A DNA stretch of 64,000 bases from an uncultured Nitrososphaerales archaeon (GTDB lineage Archaea > Thermoproteota > Nitrososphaeria > Nitrososphaerales > Nitrososphaeraceae): positions 224,001-288,000 of the forward strand of contig CAVQMO010000012.1 in the NCBI GenBank assembly GCA_963713605.1. The letters are read 5' to 3'. Every line of letters begins with the position of its first letter. Position 1 is the stretch's first letter. Under the pieces are notes generated by a model, which worked only from the letters and a program-made list of their open reading frames with translations, did not search any database and had not been told where the DNA came from. A program made the translations under genes and the position numbers. Below, piece by piece: positions 45,005 to 54,943 of the stretch.

Positions 45005-45289
45005 CTATATAGCTATACTTGGAGAGTGGCTTCTAATCCCTTCTATCGAAGTTTGATACATAAATGGAAGGGCTTCTTTAGCCAAGGTATTCAGATAATT
45101 ATTTGATTGAGAAATTAAATATTGAATGTCTCTGCTCACAGTTGATGCATCAACACCTAACTCTCTGGCTATTTCATAGCCTTTCAACCCCTTGGTAAGA
45201 AGAACCAGAATATTCTCTCTTCTTTCTTTTATTTGTATTCTGTTGTGTGGTCTAGGCAATAGATTATTGCAGTTATTGTATTTATTCAC
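45005..45289 (-). CDS. HTH DNA-binding protein (possibly 3'-truncated)
   Basis: RRENILVLLTKGLKGYEIARELGVDASTVSRDIQYL. Confidence 0.8.
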   Translation of the reverse strand: MNKYNNCNNLLPRPHNRIQIKERRENILVLLTKGLKGYEIARELGVDASTVSRDIQYLISQSNNYLNTLAKEALPFMYQTSIEGIRSHSPSIAI

Positions 45290-45668
45290 ATTCGGTACTG
45301 ATAAATATATTGCAAATATCTCGGACCAAACAAAATGTTAAGACCACTTCAAAGGTCAACTAAGATCTTCTCCTAAGCTCTACAGAATATTCCTTTTGTC
45401 AATATCGCCTTTGCCTATGTTGCTTTAGGTGAAGGTGTAACTACAAGAAAAGTTGGCGACAGAGTAGGCGTACCTTGGTTGCAATCAATTACATAGTATT
45501 TTAGGTCGTCTTACATTCTCCATCGATACATATGGTCTGTCTACTAATATACAGGCATTGACAGAAAGGTAGATAGTGTTGCCTGGCGAGATACCTTGTC
45601 CATGGAATAGTGAGGGGATCACGTATATTCTATTTGTGCGTATAAGCCTACGAGGAGGAGAAGGTTAA

Positions 45669-45809
45669 ATGGCTAATATCCAGTCCAATTTTGAAATAGC
45701 TATTGTCAGCATGACAATAGTCTGTATTACCATTACAGGATTTCCGTTAGTTTGTATGTTGGTAAATTCCTTTAAAAGGAGAAGAAAAGTAGAACATTCC
45801 ACTCAATAA
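45669..45809 (+). CDS. Small single-TM protein with basic tail (46 aa)
   Basis: GAGGAGG upstream; MANIQSNFEIAIVSMTIVCITITGFPLVCMLVNSFKRRRKVEHSTQ. Confidence 0.5.
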   Translation: MANIQSNFEIAIVSMTIVCITITGFPLVCMLVNSFKRRRKVEHSTQ

Positions 45810-45876
45810 TAGATAGATAGCGGGTACGCATTTGACTTCTGGCTTTCATGCTTAGTCACATCCTTTTACTTTTGAA

Positions 45877-45932
45877 TTTTTTTATACAAGTGTATACAAG
45901 CATGTTTTTTTATACAAGTGTATACAAGCATG
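45877..45932. repeat. 28-bp tandem duplication with four TATACAAG copies
   Basis: TTTTTTTATACAAGTGTATACAAGCATG x2. Confidence 0.9.
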
Positions 45933-46232
45933 TTGGATAGTGATGTCCTCACCATCAACAGTTTATTTTTATCAGACAATGCAAACCGAATATAATAATA
46001 CACTACTGATACTATCTATTCAGATTTTTACACCACTAAGAACTTAATTTCATCTCGATGCAAAAGCTGATACTATCGAGGATATTCTTTTTTTGTGCCT
46101 TCCATTTATATTCAAAAGAATGTCTACCAACTGGAAAATCGAACTTATTAATTTTATTTATGAATTTTGAGTAACTTTATTGCTTATTCTTAAAATAAGC
46201 TGTCTGTTGATCTAACTTGTAAGGCCATAAAA

Positions 46233-46418
46233 ATGACTAGTGTTCAAAGATTGGGTTCAATGTATGCTATAGACAGTAGCGTTTTGCAGACATGTTATCA
46301 TCAATGTATCCAGTGTGGAATTATATATGGTTGTAAGCTGGTACATGCTTCTAATAGGTGCGATAATCCATTCTATCGTGGTAGATGTAGTATATGTAAT
46401 GGCGTAAAGACAGTTTGA
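46233..46418 (+). CDS. Small Cys-rich putative metal-binding protein
   Basis: 61 aa with 7 Cys: CYHQCIQC...C...C...CSIC. Confidence 0.55.
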   Translation: MTSVQRLGSMYAIDSSVLQTCYHQCIQCGIIYGCKLVHASNRCDNPFYRGRCSICNGVKTV

Positions 46419-46824
46419 ATGTAGAAGTGCTAATAGAGCTAGTCGCTACAACGCGGAGGTTTCTGAGTTTTTCCGCGCAAAAAATTCAGATTACAGAATC
46501 ATAAATTCTCATTCCCCTTGATATAATCTATCATTTCTAAGTAGATCTAACGGGAAATCCAACACATCTACTATTCTGGAAATATCCCTTAAGATCTCTG
46601 TAATTCCTGTGATTGCGTACATCAGCGTTCTCTCCATTCGATTGTGTTTGTGGACATCTGTTCTGATCAGGCGGAAATAGAATATTATTAACTGTAGAGA
46701 TCACTTACCCGATTTGTCCCACAAACCTATCGATAACACTGTGTGCGGTCTAGATGCAGTAATATCGCGGCATGGTAATCGTTCTGAAGAAAGTTTAGTC
46801 GTTTCTAACTGCCTACCCACCCGA

Positions 46825-47175
46825 CTACTTACCTGCTTTTTCGATTCTGTCCTGGTTCTTGTAGTAGCAGTCGATAACTTTGTATGGATTGATTTCCGTT
46901 GCATAGCCACATTCATTACTATAGATGTCAAGACCTTCAAGAGTCTGGATACTGCTTAGTATTTCGTCTGTTTGATTGTTGGCCTTTGACTCAGCGTCCA
47001 TAAGTCTATCAAACTCTTCTGAAGTCATGTTTTCCACCTCGACCTCATAGGTCGAGTTAATTGCTATGGTAGACGCAAAAACGTATGCATTTTCTGAGTA
47101 TGCCGCTAGCCCTATACCTAGACATAGATCTAGCGCAATAAGAAGTGGACTCGTATGGTGTTGCCAGTTAGCCAT
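46825..47175 (-). CDS. Secreted acidic hypothetical protein
   Basis: Signal-like N-terminus and two Cys in the mature part. Confidence 0.55.
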   Translation of the reverse strand: MANWQHHTSPLLIALDLCLGIGLAAYSENAYVFASTIAINSTYEVEVENMTSEEFDRLMDAESKANNQTDEILSSIQTLEGLDIYSNECGYATEINPYKVIDCYYKNQDRIEKAGK

Positions 47176-47845
47176 TTATTTGACTTCTTAGAGGGCTTCC
47201 ATAGTTTAAGTCATCCTATACGCCAGTCACAGTGACGAGTTCATTACCGTTCCTAAGATATTATAACCGTTCTTGAAATGACCTTATTTGCCATAGAACA
47301 GAAAATTCCCTATAATGAAAAAACTCTTCATTCTCTTATTGACAGGGGCAACAACTCTATCGTCTCTCTTCGGACATCAAGCAGTTGACGCAGGAATGAA
47401 TATGCAGTGAATTGATTAATACTATCGCTGACTAGTGACGGCACTAGTAGTGGCATTTACAGCCGCAATCCTTACTGTTGCATTGAAGATGTGCTTCTGT
47501 TAGGCAGGCTAATGATTTGACTACACCAACTCTGCTCTTTACCATTCTTTCATACTTCATAACTATCCAGGCGATCCTAATAACGAGAAGAGTCTACTTA
47601 ACTCAGCGGCCGCTCTCCACGGGCCATCCTCTGTGTCAGTAATTAATTTGTCAAGAGCTTTAGAGTTGTTTTGACTTTGAACGATTAGCAGAATGATGAT
47701 GATTATTGGATGATTATAGGATCCTGTTATGGAATGAGGCACACACTAGGATATTGAGATTTATCCTTTTTGCGCTAAACGAGATCCACCCTTCTTAATG
47801 ATCAGAGCTTCTCCGGAGGTTCATAGTTACATAAAGCAAGCCTCC

Positions 47846-48352
47846 TTATGCTTTATGCTCCTTGTTAAATGGGACCGGGATTACCATCATATTTTCCTCA
47901 AGAAATTTTAGGTCGAATACGGATGGATATTGTTTCTTTAAGAAGGAACTTATGCGTTGATAATCGGTATCCACATCCAATCTTTCCTTCAAAGCACGGA
48001 TAAAGGATGGATTAGCACCATCCACAAATATCCTGCTTCTACCCTCGAAGGTAATACTATACTCGTCAAGTAGATTAACGGTAATATCAATCATTTTGTT
48101 AAAGTCAGGCCTTTGATAGTCCTCTGCATGCAAGACATGAATTAGTCCATCCACTAATTCAGTTATGCATACACCAAAGTTTGAGGAGCCAAATCCAGGA
48201 TCGAGGCCTACAGACTTCTGCGAATAACTATTACCGGAATCCGGTAAATGTTTCCTGCTTTTCTCAATTGCTGCCTCAATATCCTTGGTATGGAAGATAT
48301 TCCCTATTTTTCCTGCAAAGTGTAAATTGTAATCTCTATGAACGAAGGTGAT
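47846..48352 (-). pseudogene. Terminase large subunit, C-terminal RNase H-like nuclease fragment
   Basis: Upstream of the tracked ORF, in frame: DYNLHFAGKIGNIF...SVGLDPGFGSSNFGVCI; then IFVDGANPSFI and PVPF. ATPase domain and extreme C-terminus absent. Confidence 0.72.
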
Positions 48353-48370
48353 AAGCGTTATAATGCTTAT

Positions 48371-48555
48371 GTCTTTTTCATGGTACTCACTCTATATGAA
48401 GAAGTAGTCCCGTAGATATGGTCTTTTTCATGGTACTCACTCTATATGAAGAAGTAGTCCCGTAGATATGGTCTTTTTCATGGTACTCACTCTATATGAA
48501 GAAGTAGTCCCGTAGATATGGTCTTTTTCATGGTATTCACTCTATATGAAGAAGT
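48371..48555. repeat. 50-bp tandem repeat, 3.7 copies
   Basis: GTCTTTTTCATGGTACTCACTCTATATGAAGAAGTAGTCCCGTAGATATG x3 plus a 35-bp partial copy with one mismatch. Confidence 0.97.
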
Positions 48556-48660
48556 GAGTAAGTTATTCTCTAGCCAAACCCGTACCAGGGCAAGTAGTAC
48601 CTAATAAGTCAATACTATCTTAGAATCGGCGCTTTTAATACTCATGACTTTCGTACGCCG

Positions 48661-49217
48661 ATGATGAATTCCAAGGAAACCAAAAATAAGAGTAGGTTAT
48701 ATCTGTCAGCCCTACTAATGCTGACAGCGACAGCACTGCTGTCAACAGTTACGATAACTGGCAACGACGTGTTTGCCCAAAGCGATAGCGAGGAAGACAG
48801 CAACAGCAACAGCGATAATGTAGTGGCCAATGACAATGCAGGAGAAGGCGGCAATGGCGATACTCAACCCGATCGAGTGGGTTCACACGATGACGAACAA
48901 CAGACTTCAGACGAAGGAGCAGACGCAGGCGGAACAGTAAGCGATCCAACAATTCCAGAGGATGAATTAGGCGACGACGGCGAGATATCAGCGGATTGTT
49001 TCGGCAAGGTGATTAGCCATGAAGCACAGGAGCACAAGGAGAATCCAGAAGAGGGCACGCTCGGCGAGCATAGTAGTGATCCGGTTCCAGACTAGATGGT
49101 AACGAAACACCCAGACAAGGAATAGGCAACCAAGATCAAGGACACCCAGCGGATCACGGAGCGTTCAATAGTCAGTTTGACGACGACGACGCTGAGAACG
49201 TAGAAGAGAACTGTTAG
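48661..49217 (+). CDS. Secreted highly acidic protein (frameshift at ~49093)
   Basis: Signal peptide ending VFA, D/E/G-rich region and CFGKVIS; continues DGNETPRQGIGN...HPADHG...ENC in another frame; GC-richer than its flanks. Confidence 0.65.
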
Positions 49218-49650
49218 ACGACAAGAAGAGGGCTGTCCTATGGGGACACCCATCTATTTTCTTAATGTAAATACGCCACCTATAAGACTATTAACTTAAT
49301 GCCAGAACTGCATCGATAGTCTGAAACTATTGTTTCAGAACTATAGATGAACGTTATATAAAGAATGTCTGCGTAGTACAGTACTTTACCTATGAGATGG
49401 ATTTGCATTTACTGTAACAGCATAATGGATTATACTAATTTTGCAGAGTTCGTAAAGCAAAGCGACAACGACAAGAACAGCAATCAGCAAGCGAAAGTAG
49501 ATTACCACGCTTGGCGACTATTGCCGCCAGAAGACTAGACTAGACTAATGCTAGAATTGAATATAATATATACATATAATATAATGTACTTATCTGCCAA
49601 TAGGCGGTAACAAGTTTTTAGGATCTTGTCATAAGATATAGCCCTGATTC

Positions 49651-49953
49651 ATGCATACGTTAATGGATAGCATAAGAAAGGAAACTGACAAAATGGACCA
49701 GCAGTTGGAAGGGATACACGGAGAGTTTGACAAAACGAAAGCAGTTCTAGAAAAAAAGATAGCCCTCTACAGTAGGTATGAAAACAGCGACCGGCTAACC
49801 AAAATGGACAGGCTAGAAGTCCAAAATAAAAAGAATTGGTACATGGCTCATTTACTAGGTCTAATAGAGCACGAGGACTTTACTAATAAACTCGGTGAAC
49901 TTACAGAACGTGTAAATAAGTTAGAAAAGGCTGTCCAAATGGAAGAAGAATAA
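49651..49953 (+). CDS. Coiled-coil hypothetical protein
   Basis: 100-aa charged helical ORF. Confidence 0.6.
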   Translation: MHTLMDSIRKETDKMDQQLEGIHGEFDKTKAVLEKKIALYSRYENSDRLTKMDRLEVQNKKNWYMAHLLGLIEHEDFTNKLGELTERVNKLEKAVQMEEE

Positions 49954-50271
49954 TAGCGGGTTGGAGAAATTCGGCTGACCTTACCTTTTCTATTTCGTAG
50001 GCTTCGAGACATGATTCACATTCTTGTCTTTGCATCTGCTGCTTCAAATCCTGTTGCCAATTGGCAACACTTAATTAATTATTTAAAATGTGCTAAAAAC
50101 GAGATAGGTGAATAAGGTGCATGATGGAACCTACATAACCCACTTACTCACCTAACATGAATGGTTGTCTCAGGATTGGCACAATAACTAAAATATGGTA
50201 AGTGTAACTAAGGATAATCACTAATTGTCATTTAGGTAAATGTTCAAAAAATTGCAATTAGGAATTACAAA

Positions 50272-50511
50272 TCATAATCTCCATAAGTGGCAATATCCAA
50301 TATTAGAATAACGTGTTACGAGGTGTTGTACCGTCACCGCACCGATATACTTTTTCTTTAACTTCCATACGGTCGCAGACTGGTTATCGCCACTCAAAAT
50401 TCTTTCCTTCCAGTAAGCATAGTAGTATGGGCCACCATGAGACATTTCACAATCATTTTTTCCACACTTGACATATTCCTCCCTTATAATAGCGTTTGCC
50501 GGTAGGGCCAA
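50272..50511 (-). CDS. DUF6788-like putative Zn/nucleic-acid-binding protein
   Basis: EEYVKCGKNDC...HGGPYYYAYWKE...KLKKKYIG. Confidence 0.7.
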   Translation of the reverse strand: MALPANAIIREEYVKCGKNDCEMSHGGPYYYAYWKERILSGDNQSATVWKLKKKYIGAVTVQHLVTRYSNIGYCHLWRL

Positions 50512-50674
50512 AAATCTTTGAATAGACTGCGTCCGGGCAACTTCGATTCTTTTGACGAATCTTCTATGACGCTCCAGCCTTCATATTTACTGAAGAAATG
50601 AATGCGAGTAGAATAAGTTTTTGTTCCTTCACTTACACAATATCCACAGATCTGATATTGAATAATTAATCCGA

Positions 50675-51030
50675 TTAGTATCCTACTTTCTTCATCTTTG
50701 AACCGCATTTAGGACAAGCGATTTCCCTGTGCTCGTTGCTGCATTTCATGCAATAGTATTTGACTGGTCCATAGTCATTTTCGGTAGAAGGAGATCCTTT
50801 GGGAGATGAAATTGATCTAAAGAATTCCTTGATGCCCCTAAAATCAGTACTGCTACCTATACTATTTCTCCTAGGATCAACAGCTAATTTTCTGAAGAGC
50901 TGGTTTCTTCTGTACCAGCTACAGTACCAAGAATGCAAACAAGGCAATAATAAAATCAGCGGGAAAAGGCAGGAACAACATGATAACAACAGTCACAGCC
51001 ATGTAAATCGCAGCCCATTTAAGTTGATAT
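50675..51030 (-). CDS. Membrane protein with C-terminal zinc ribbon (5' part probably frameshifted; start approximate)
   Basis: YYCMKCSNEHREIACPKCGSKMK; hydrophobic upstream segment. Confidence 0.55.
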
Positions 51031-51105
51031 ATGGCAAGCTGTTTTTTATTAAGATCTTCCATCTGTTCCTATTATTATCATTATCCTGATCATGAATTTA
51101 ATATT

Positions 51106-51502
51106 ATGTCTGTAAATTACTCCCTAGGACTTTGGGGGGGTTCGATATCAAGTCAAAGAAGTTCCGCGCTCGATTGCATTCTATACTAAGATGCTTCGTT
51201 TCAATCTGGACCAGCAAAATTTGCCTGCTTTTGGTCAGGTTTCGATCGGCAATCTTAAACATATTCTCAGCGGTCCCGGAGCTTCTGGTTCTCGACCGAT
51301 GCCCGATGGCCGTCAGCAAGAGCCTGGTGGATAGAACCGGATAGTCCTCCAAGTGCAGGACTTGCCTGCACGTATTACCGAACTCAAGAAGGAGGGAGTG
51401 CATTTCAGAAATGAGATGGAAGTAGGTCCCGGCGGACAGACAATCCAAGTGGAAGACCCAGATGGTAACCTGATTGAGTTATTCGAACCTGCCCAGCGGT
51501 AG
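51106..51502 (+). pseudogene. VOC/glyoxalase family protein with frameshift and TGG>TAG
   Basis: Manual translation VRYQVKEVPRSIAFYT...SGSRPMPDG.QQEPGG*NRIVLQV.DL...FRNEMEVGPGG....EDPDGNLIELFEP; extra G in a 7-G run. Confidence 0.85.
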
Positions 51503-51658
51503 TGGCTGATAGTAAACAACTGTCTCTAATATGGCACGTACTCAGTAAAAGCTCAATTCTTCTTCGGTCACTAGATCCTTTATTCCCATAAAATAATCAA
51601 GTATATACGCGCGGTTATCTCTCAAATAACTTTTAATATCTACTTCATATGTGCTATG

Positions 51659-52289
51659 CTAAGCAATTTCAGCTAGTCGTCTGCGTGCTGTCTCTACAGT
51701 CATAGAATTATTATAGATTGGTGAGCCTGGTTGTTGTTTACGACCCCCTTCTCTAAGTGAACCTGTATCTACAGCTACAAAACCTATATCATCTATCAGT
51801 TTTGATACTACAGGCTTTTGCATCGACATCATCACCTGCGATGAAAAGCACAAGGCGATCTTCTCCAGATGGACGACTACCATCACGTAGAGTTTCATAA
51901 TACATGGTGTTGAATGCCTTTACAAGATGAATACCAGAAACTTGTTTTGCTACCTCTTCACTTGAGGTTCTATTTCCTAGATCTATTACTTCAAAGTTTT
52001 CAGAGTATGGATTTGTAGCATCGATTACAATTTTGTTCTTAAATAGCTCTGATGGTAATGATCGTAACACGTCTCTCTTTCTCCACGGCAAAGCAAGGAG
52101 TATAACATCACCAAATGCTATTGTCTCTTCTACCGTCATAGCTTTAGCATCGGGACCAAGAGATTCTACAAATAGTTGAAGTGATTGAGGTCCCTTTGAA
52201 TTACTGACCGCTATTTCATGACCAGCATTGAGAAAGAGTTTCGCCGCAGTTCCACCTATATTTCCAGAGCCTATGATCCCAATTTTCAT
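51659..52289 (-). CDS. NADPH-dependent F420 reductase / NADP oxidoreductase family, frameshift at ~51815
   Basis: MKIGIIGSGNIG, IVIDATNP, VKAFNT and AGDD; next frame LIDDIGF..VDTG.L.EG...QPG. Confidence 0.88.
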
Positions 52290-52776
52290 GAGATATCTAC
52301 CCCATCTTCCTAGATCTGTTCACGCATGTTCTTTATATTATTATTTACTTCTTTTTTATATCCTTTTTTCAGAGGAGCTCTGGAAAACAAAAAAGAAAGC
52401 TCAGTGTTACCGTCGTCTTCTCTCGAGATATTGCATTCTAACTGTTAAAGCCATTAATTGATTGGAAAGGTGTGCTATAGCATCATCCGTCATCTTGTTG
52501 AATTTGCAGTCGAAATCTCATTAGCAAAAGCTAGGAAAGATGATTCAGAGATCAGGATAAGGAATAAAGAGGAATTGCTCCACGCATTAATAGATAAAGA
52601 AACATTCGATACTGGAACAAGGTATTTTAATTTTGGCATCTAAACCATCGTTTAGATCTGTATTTAATCAGTTTTCTAAAAGGACTAGAAAACTGAATAA
52701 TGAATTGTATTTCTACGGAAACTTATAGTTGATAACCAAAATCAGTGTAACTAGAGTGACACAGTAACAGCTTGGC

Positions 52777-53277
52777 TCACGCTCTGGATAGTGGGAATTG
52801 AATCCAAAGCGTTTTGATCTCCTTGTTATTATTACTATAGTCATTATCCTGTGTGTGGGTACAATCATAATTTTTCCTGGAGGCGACTTGAAATGTAAGC
52901 CACTCCTTTAACCCGTGTCCTTCTTTATTTCCATAAAATGTGGCTAATACAGAAACTATTGATGACGATGTAGAATCAAATATCACACTTGGTTGATTAT
53001 AATCCATATCGATTGGCTCGTCTATGAATTCAATTTGGTATTGAAATCCATCACTGGCCATCATAACAATATTAAAAAAGGATTCAATTTCAGACTTGCC
53101 TTTGAGATGTATTTTCTCTCTTAGATTATTATGTAATAGAGTCCCTTTGCCCAACGGTTCGTATATAACACAGTCATCCGCAAACAGATTCAAAAGTCCT
53201 TGCATGTCTTTTTCGTTTATGAGATGAAAGTAGTCTGACACAATTCGACGGTTATTATCATTATAGTGAGAGTTCAA
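52777..53277 (-). CDS. NTF2/SnoaL-like protein
   Basis: V.DYF..INEKD...LLNLFADDCVIYEP...GKSEIESFF. Confidence 0.75.
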   Translation of the reverse strand: MNSHYNDNNRRIVSDYFHLINEKDMQGLLNLFADDCVIYEPLGKGTLLHNNLREKIHLKGKSEIESFFNIVMMASDGFQYQIEFIDEPIDMDYNQPSVIFDSTSSSIVSVLATFYGNKEGHGLKEWLTFQVASRKNYDCTHTQDNDYSNNNKEIKTLWIQFPLSRA

Positions 53278-53809
53278 GTGTTACTACTCCTTCTAATAAT
53301 AGATTATTTCGTTCTGACGGTTTAGGTTTCGTGTATTCTTCAATACAATACTACATCTTATCAGAATGATTGATAAATAATAGGTTTGCATCGTAATGCA
53401 GTGAAATATAATTGCTATCAGCAACGATAAAGCAGGTAGTCAACTTCCAGGTGGCGAGAGGCTAAGGCAATTGATGTGTATAACTAATATTCTATTTTTT
53501 CCTGGGTAGTCTTTTGACGTTTCCAGACGCTCATTAACAGAAGCATCGTAAATTCTTCTTTTGTCTAGGTTGATCCCATTGTTATTGCAAAAGGTTCTTT
53601 GGGCCGTTATGTATCTCTGCTTGGGGGCTCAAAAAGCGCCCTGAATCTATTCTAATTATAATTTGGTACCTATTTTCTCCCATTGATACTTTGTTAACTG
53701 CATATTTGTTACTCTTTAGTCTATTCTCATATTTGGCAATCTATCAAGAATTAATATATTATACTTGTAGATAACATATTGATAAATAGCTGTTCTTGGC
53801 CTATGTGTT

Positions 53810-54391
53810 GTGTCACATCCAAGTATAAGAACAAGAAGCATCACTTTCCGATTAGATCCTAATACAGTGGACAATCTTCAAAGGGAGGCTGACCAGAAGG
53901 AGATATCCTTAAATGTTTTGGTAAATCAGGTTCTTAGAAGATACGTTAAATGGGACGCATTTGAACCTAAAATAGGTATGATGCCTGTCCCAAAAATAAT
54001 ACTTTCTACATGCTTTAACAAAGCAATCCTGGCAGCAAATGAAGCTGGAATGAATCAAGACGAAATAGAATCGCATCGAGATGAGATGATAAAGAGTGCT
54101 GCAGAAATATCATTTAGATTGATAAAAGATTCTGCGCTTCTTATGAAGAGAACATACAATCTATGGACTGTGTTAGAAATACTCCAGGAATATATGAAGG
54201 TGTCTGATATGAAATCAAATCATAGAATAGAGGCAGGCAACAATCATGTATTCATGATACAGCATGAACTGGGTGAAAACTGGTCATTATTTACCAAGGT
54301 ACTTCTGAACTTGATTTTTGAGAACCTTGCTAGTGTAAGACCAGACGTCAATACAACTCCAAATACAATCATAGCGAAAGTGACACTTTAG
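53810..54391 (+). CDS. Ribbon-helix-helix regulator with C-terminal ligand-binding-like domain (thaumarchaeal family)
   Basis: TRSITFRL...LQREA....ISLNVLVNQVLRRY; IQHELGENWS. Confidence 0.8.
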   Translation: MSHPSIRTRSITFRLDPNTVDNLQREADQKEISLNVLVNQVLRRYVKWDAFEPKIGMMPVPKIILSTCFNKAILAANEAGMNQDEIESHRDEMIKSAAEISFRLIKDSALLMKRTYNLWTVLEILQEYMKVSDMKSNHRIEAGNNHVFMIQHELGENWSLFTKVLLNLIFENLASVRPDVNTTPNTIIAKVTL

Positions 54392-54536
54392 AAATGCTCC
54401 TTTTTAAACTTGAATAAACTAGGTTAGACAGAATTAACCAACTCTGGACGCAACTAGCCAGTGCTTCTGGGATTCTATACTGTCAATGGGCTATGCGCTT
54501 CACTAAGCTCTCCTTAATTTTTCCAAGATGCACATT

Positions 54537-54594
54537 GCATCATAATAGCATCATAATAGCATCATAATAGCATCATAATAGCATCATAATAGCA
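54537..54594. repeat. 11-bp minisatellite, 5.3 copies
   Basis: GCATCATAATA x5 plus GCA. Confidence 0.95.
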
Positions 54595-54943
54595 AGCTTA
54601 GTATCAATTGTTCTGTTTGGATTATACCACTTTGATCATAGTCCTCCTTTTAATCGACCGAATATGGTAACATTTCTGATGACTAACTAGTATCATTTTA
54701 TTTTGCAGGATGAGAGAAGTATTATACTACAATGACTATTCATCACTTTCTAGCACTAATCTGAGTATCTGGGAACTGATCTCACCTCGTTAGCACACTC
54801 ACTATATCCAGCTATGATACTAGCACTAGTGTCTGTGATGGTTCTGATTACATTAGATCTGTTCTTGGTACGGAGAACTAGGACAATACGTGTTTAATTG
54901 CATATCCGTACCATTAAGAGAGAGCCTACTTCATTAATTCATA

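Larger units (their letters stand above)
39650..50511. mobile_element. Degenerate integrated element (provirus/satellite/plasmid-like); boundaries approximate
   Basis: Cluster of integrase, divergent regulators, Rep-like ORF, DNA MTase, HTH, TerL fragment, tandem repeats and DUF6788-like gene; no housekeeping genes. Confidence 0.75.

Noticed and set aside
48371..48555. Possible CRISPR array (35-bp repeat plus 15-bp spacer)
   Set aside because: The intervening sequences are identical and too short, and no cas genes are present. It is a plain tandem repeat.
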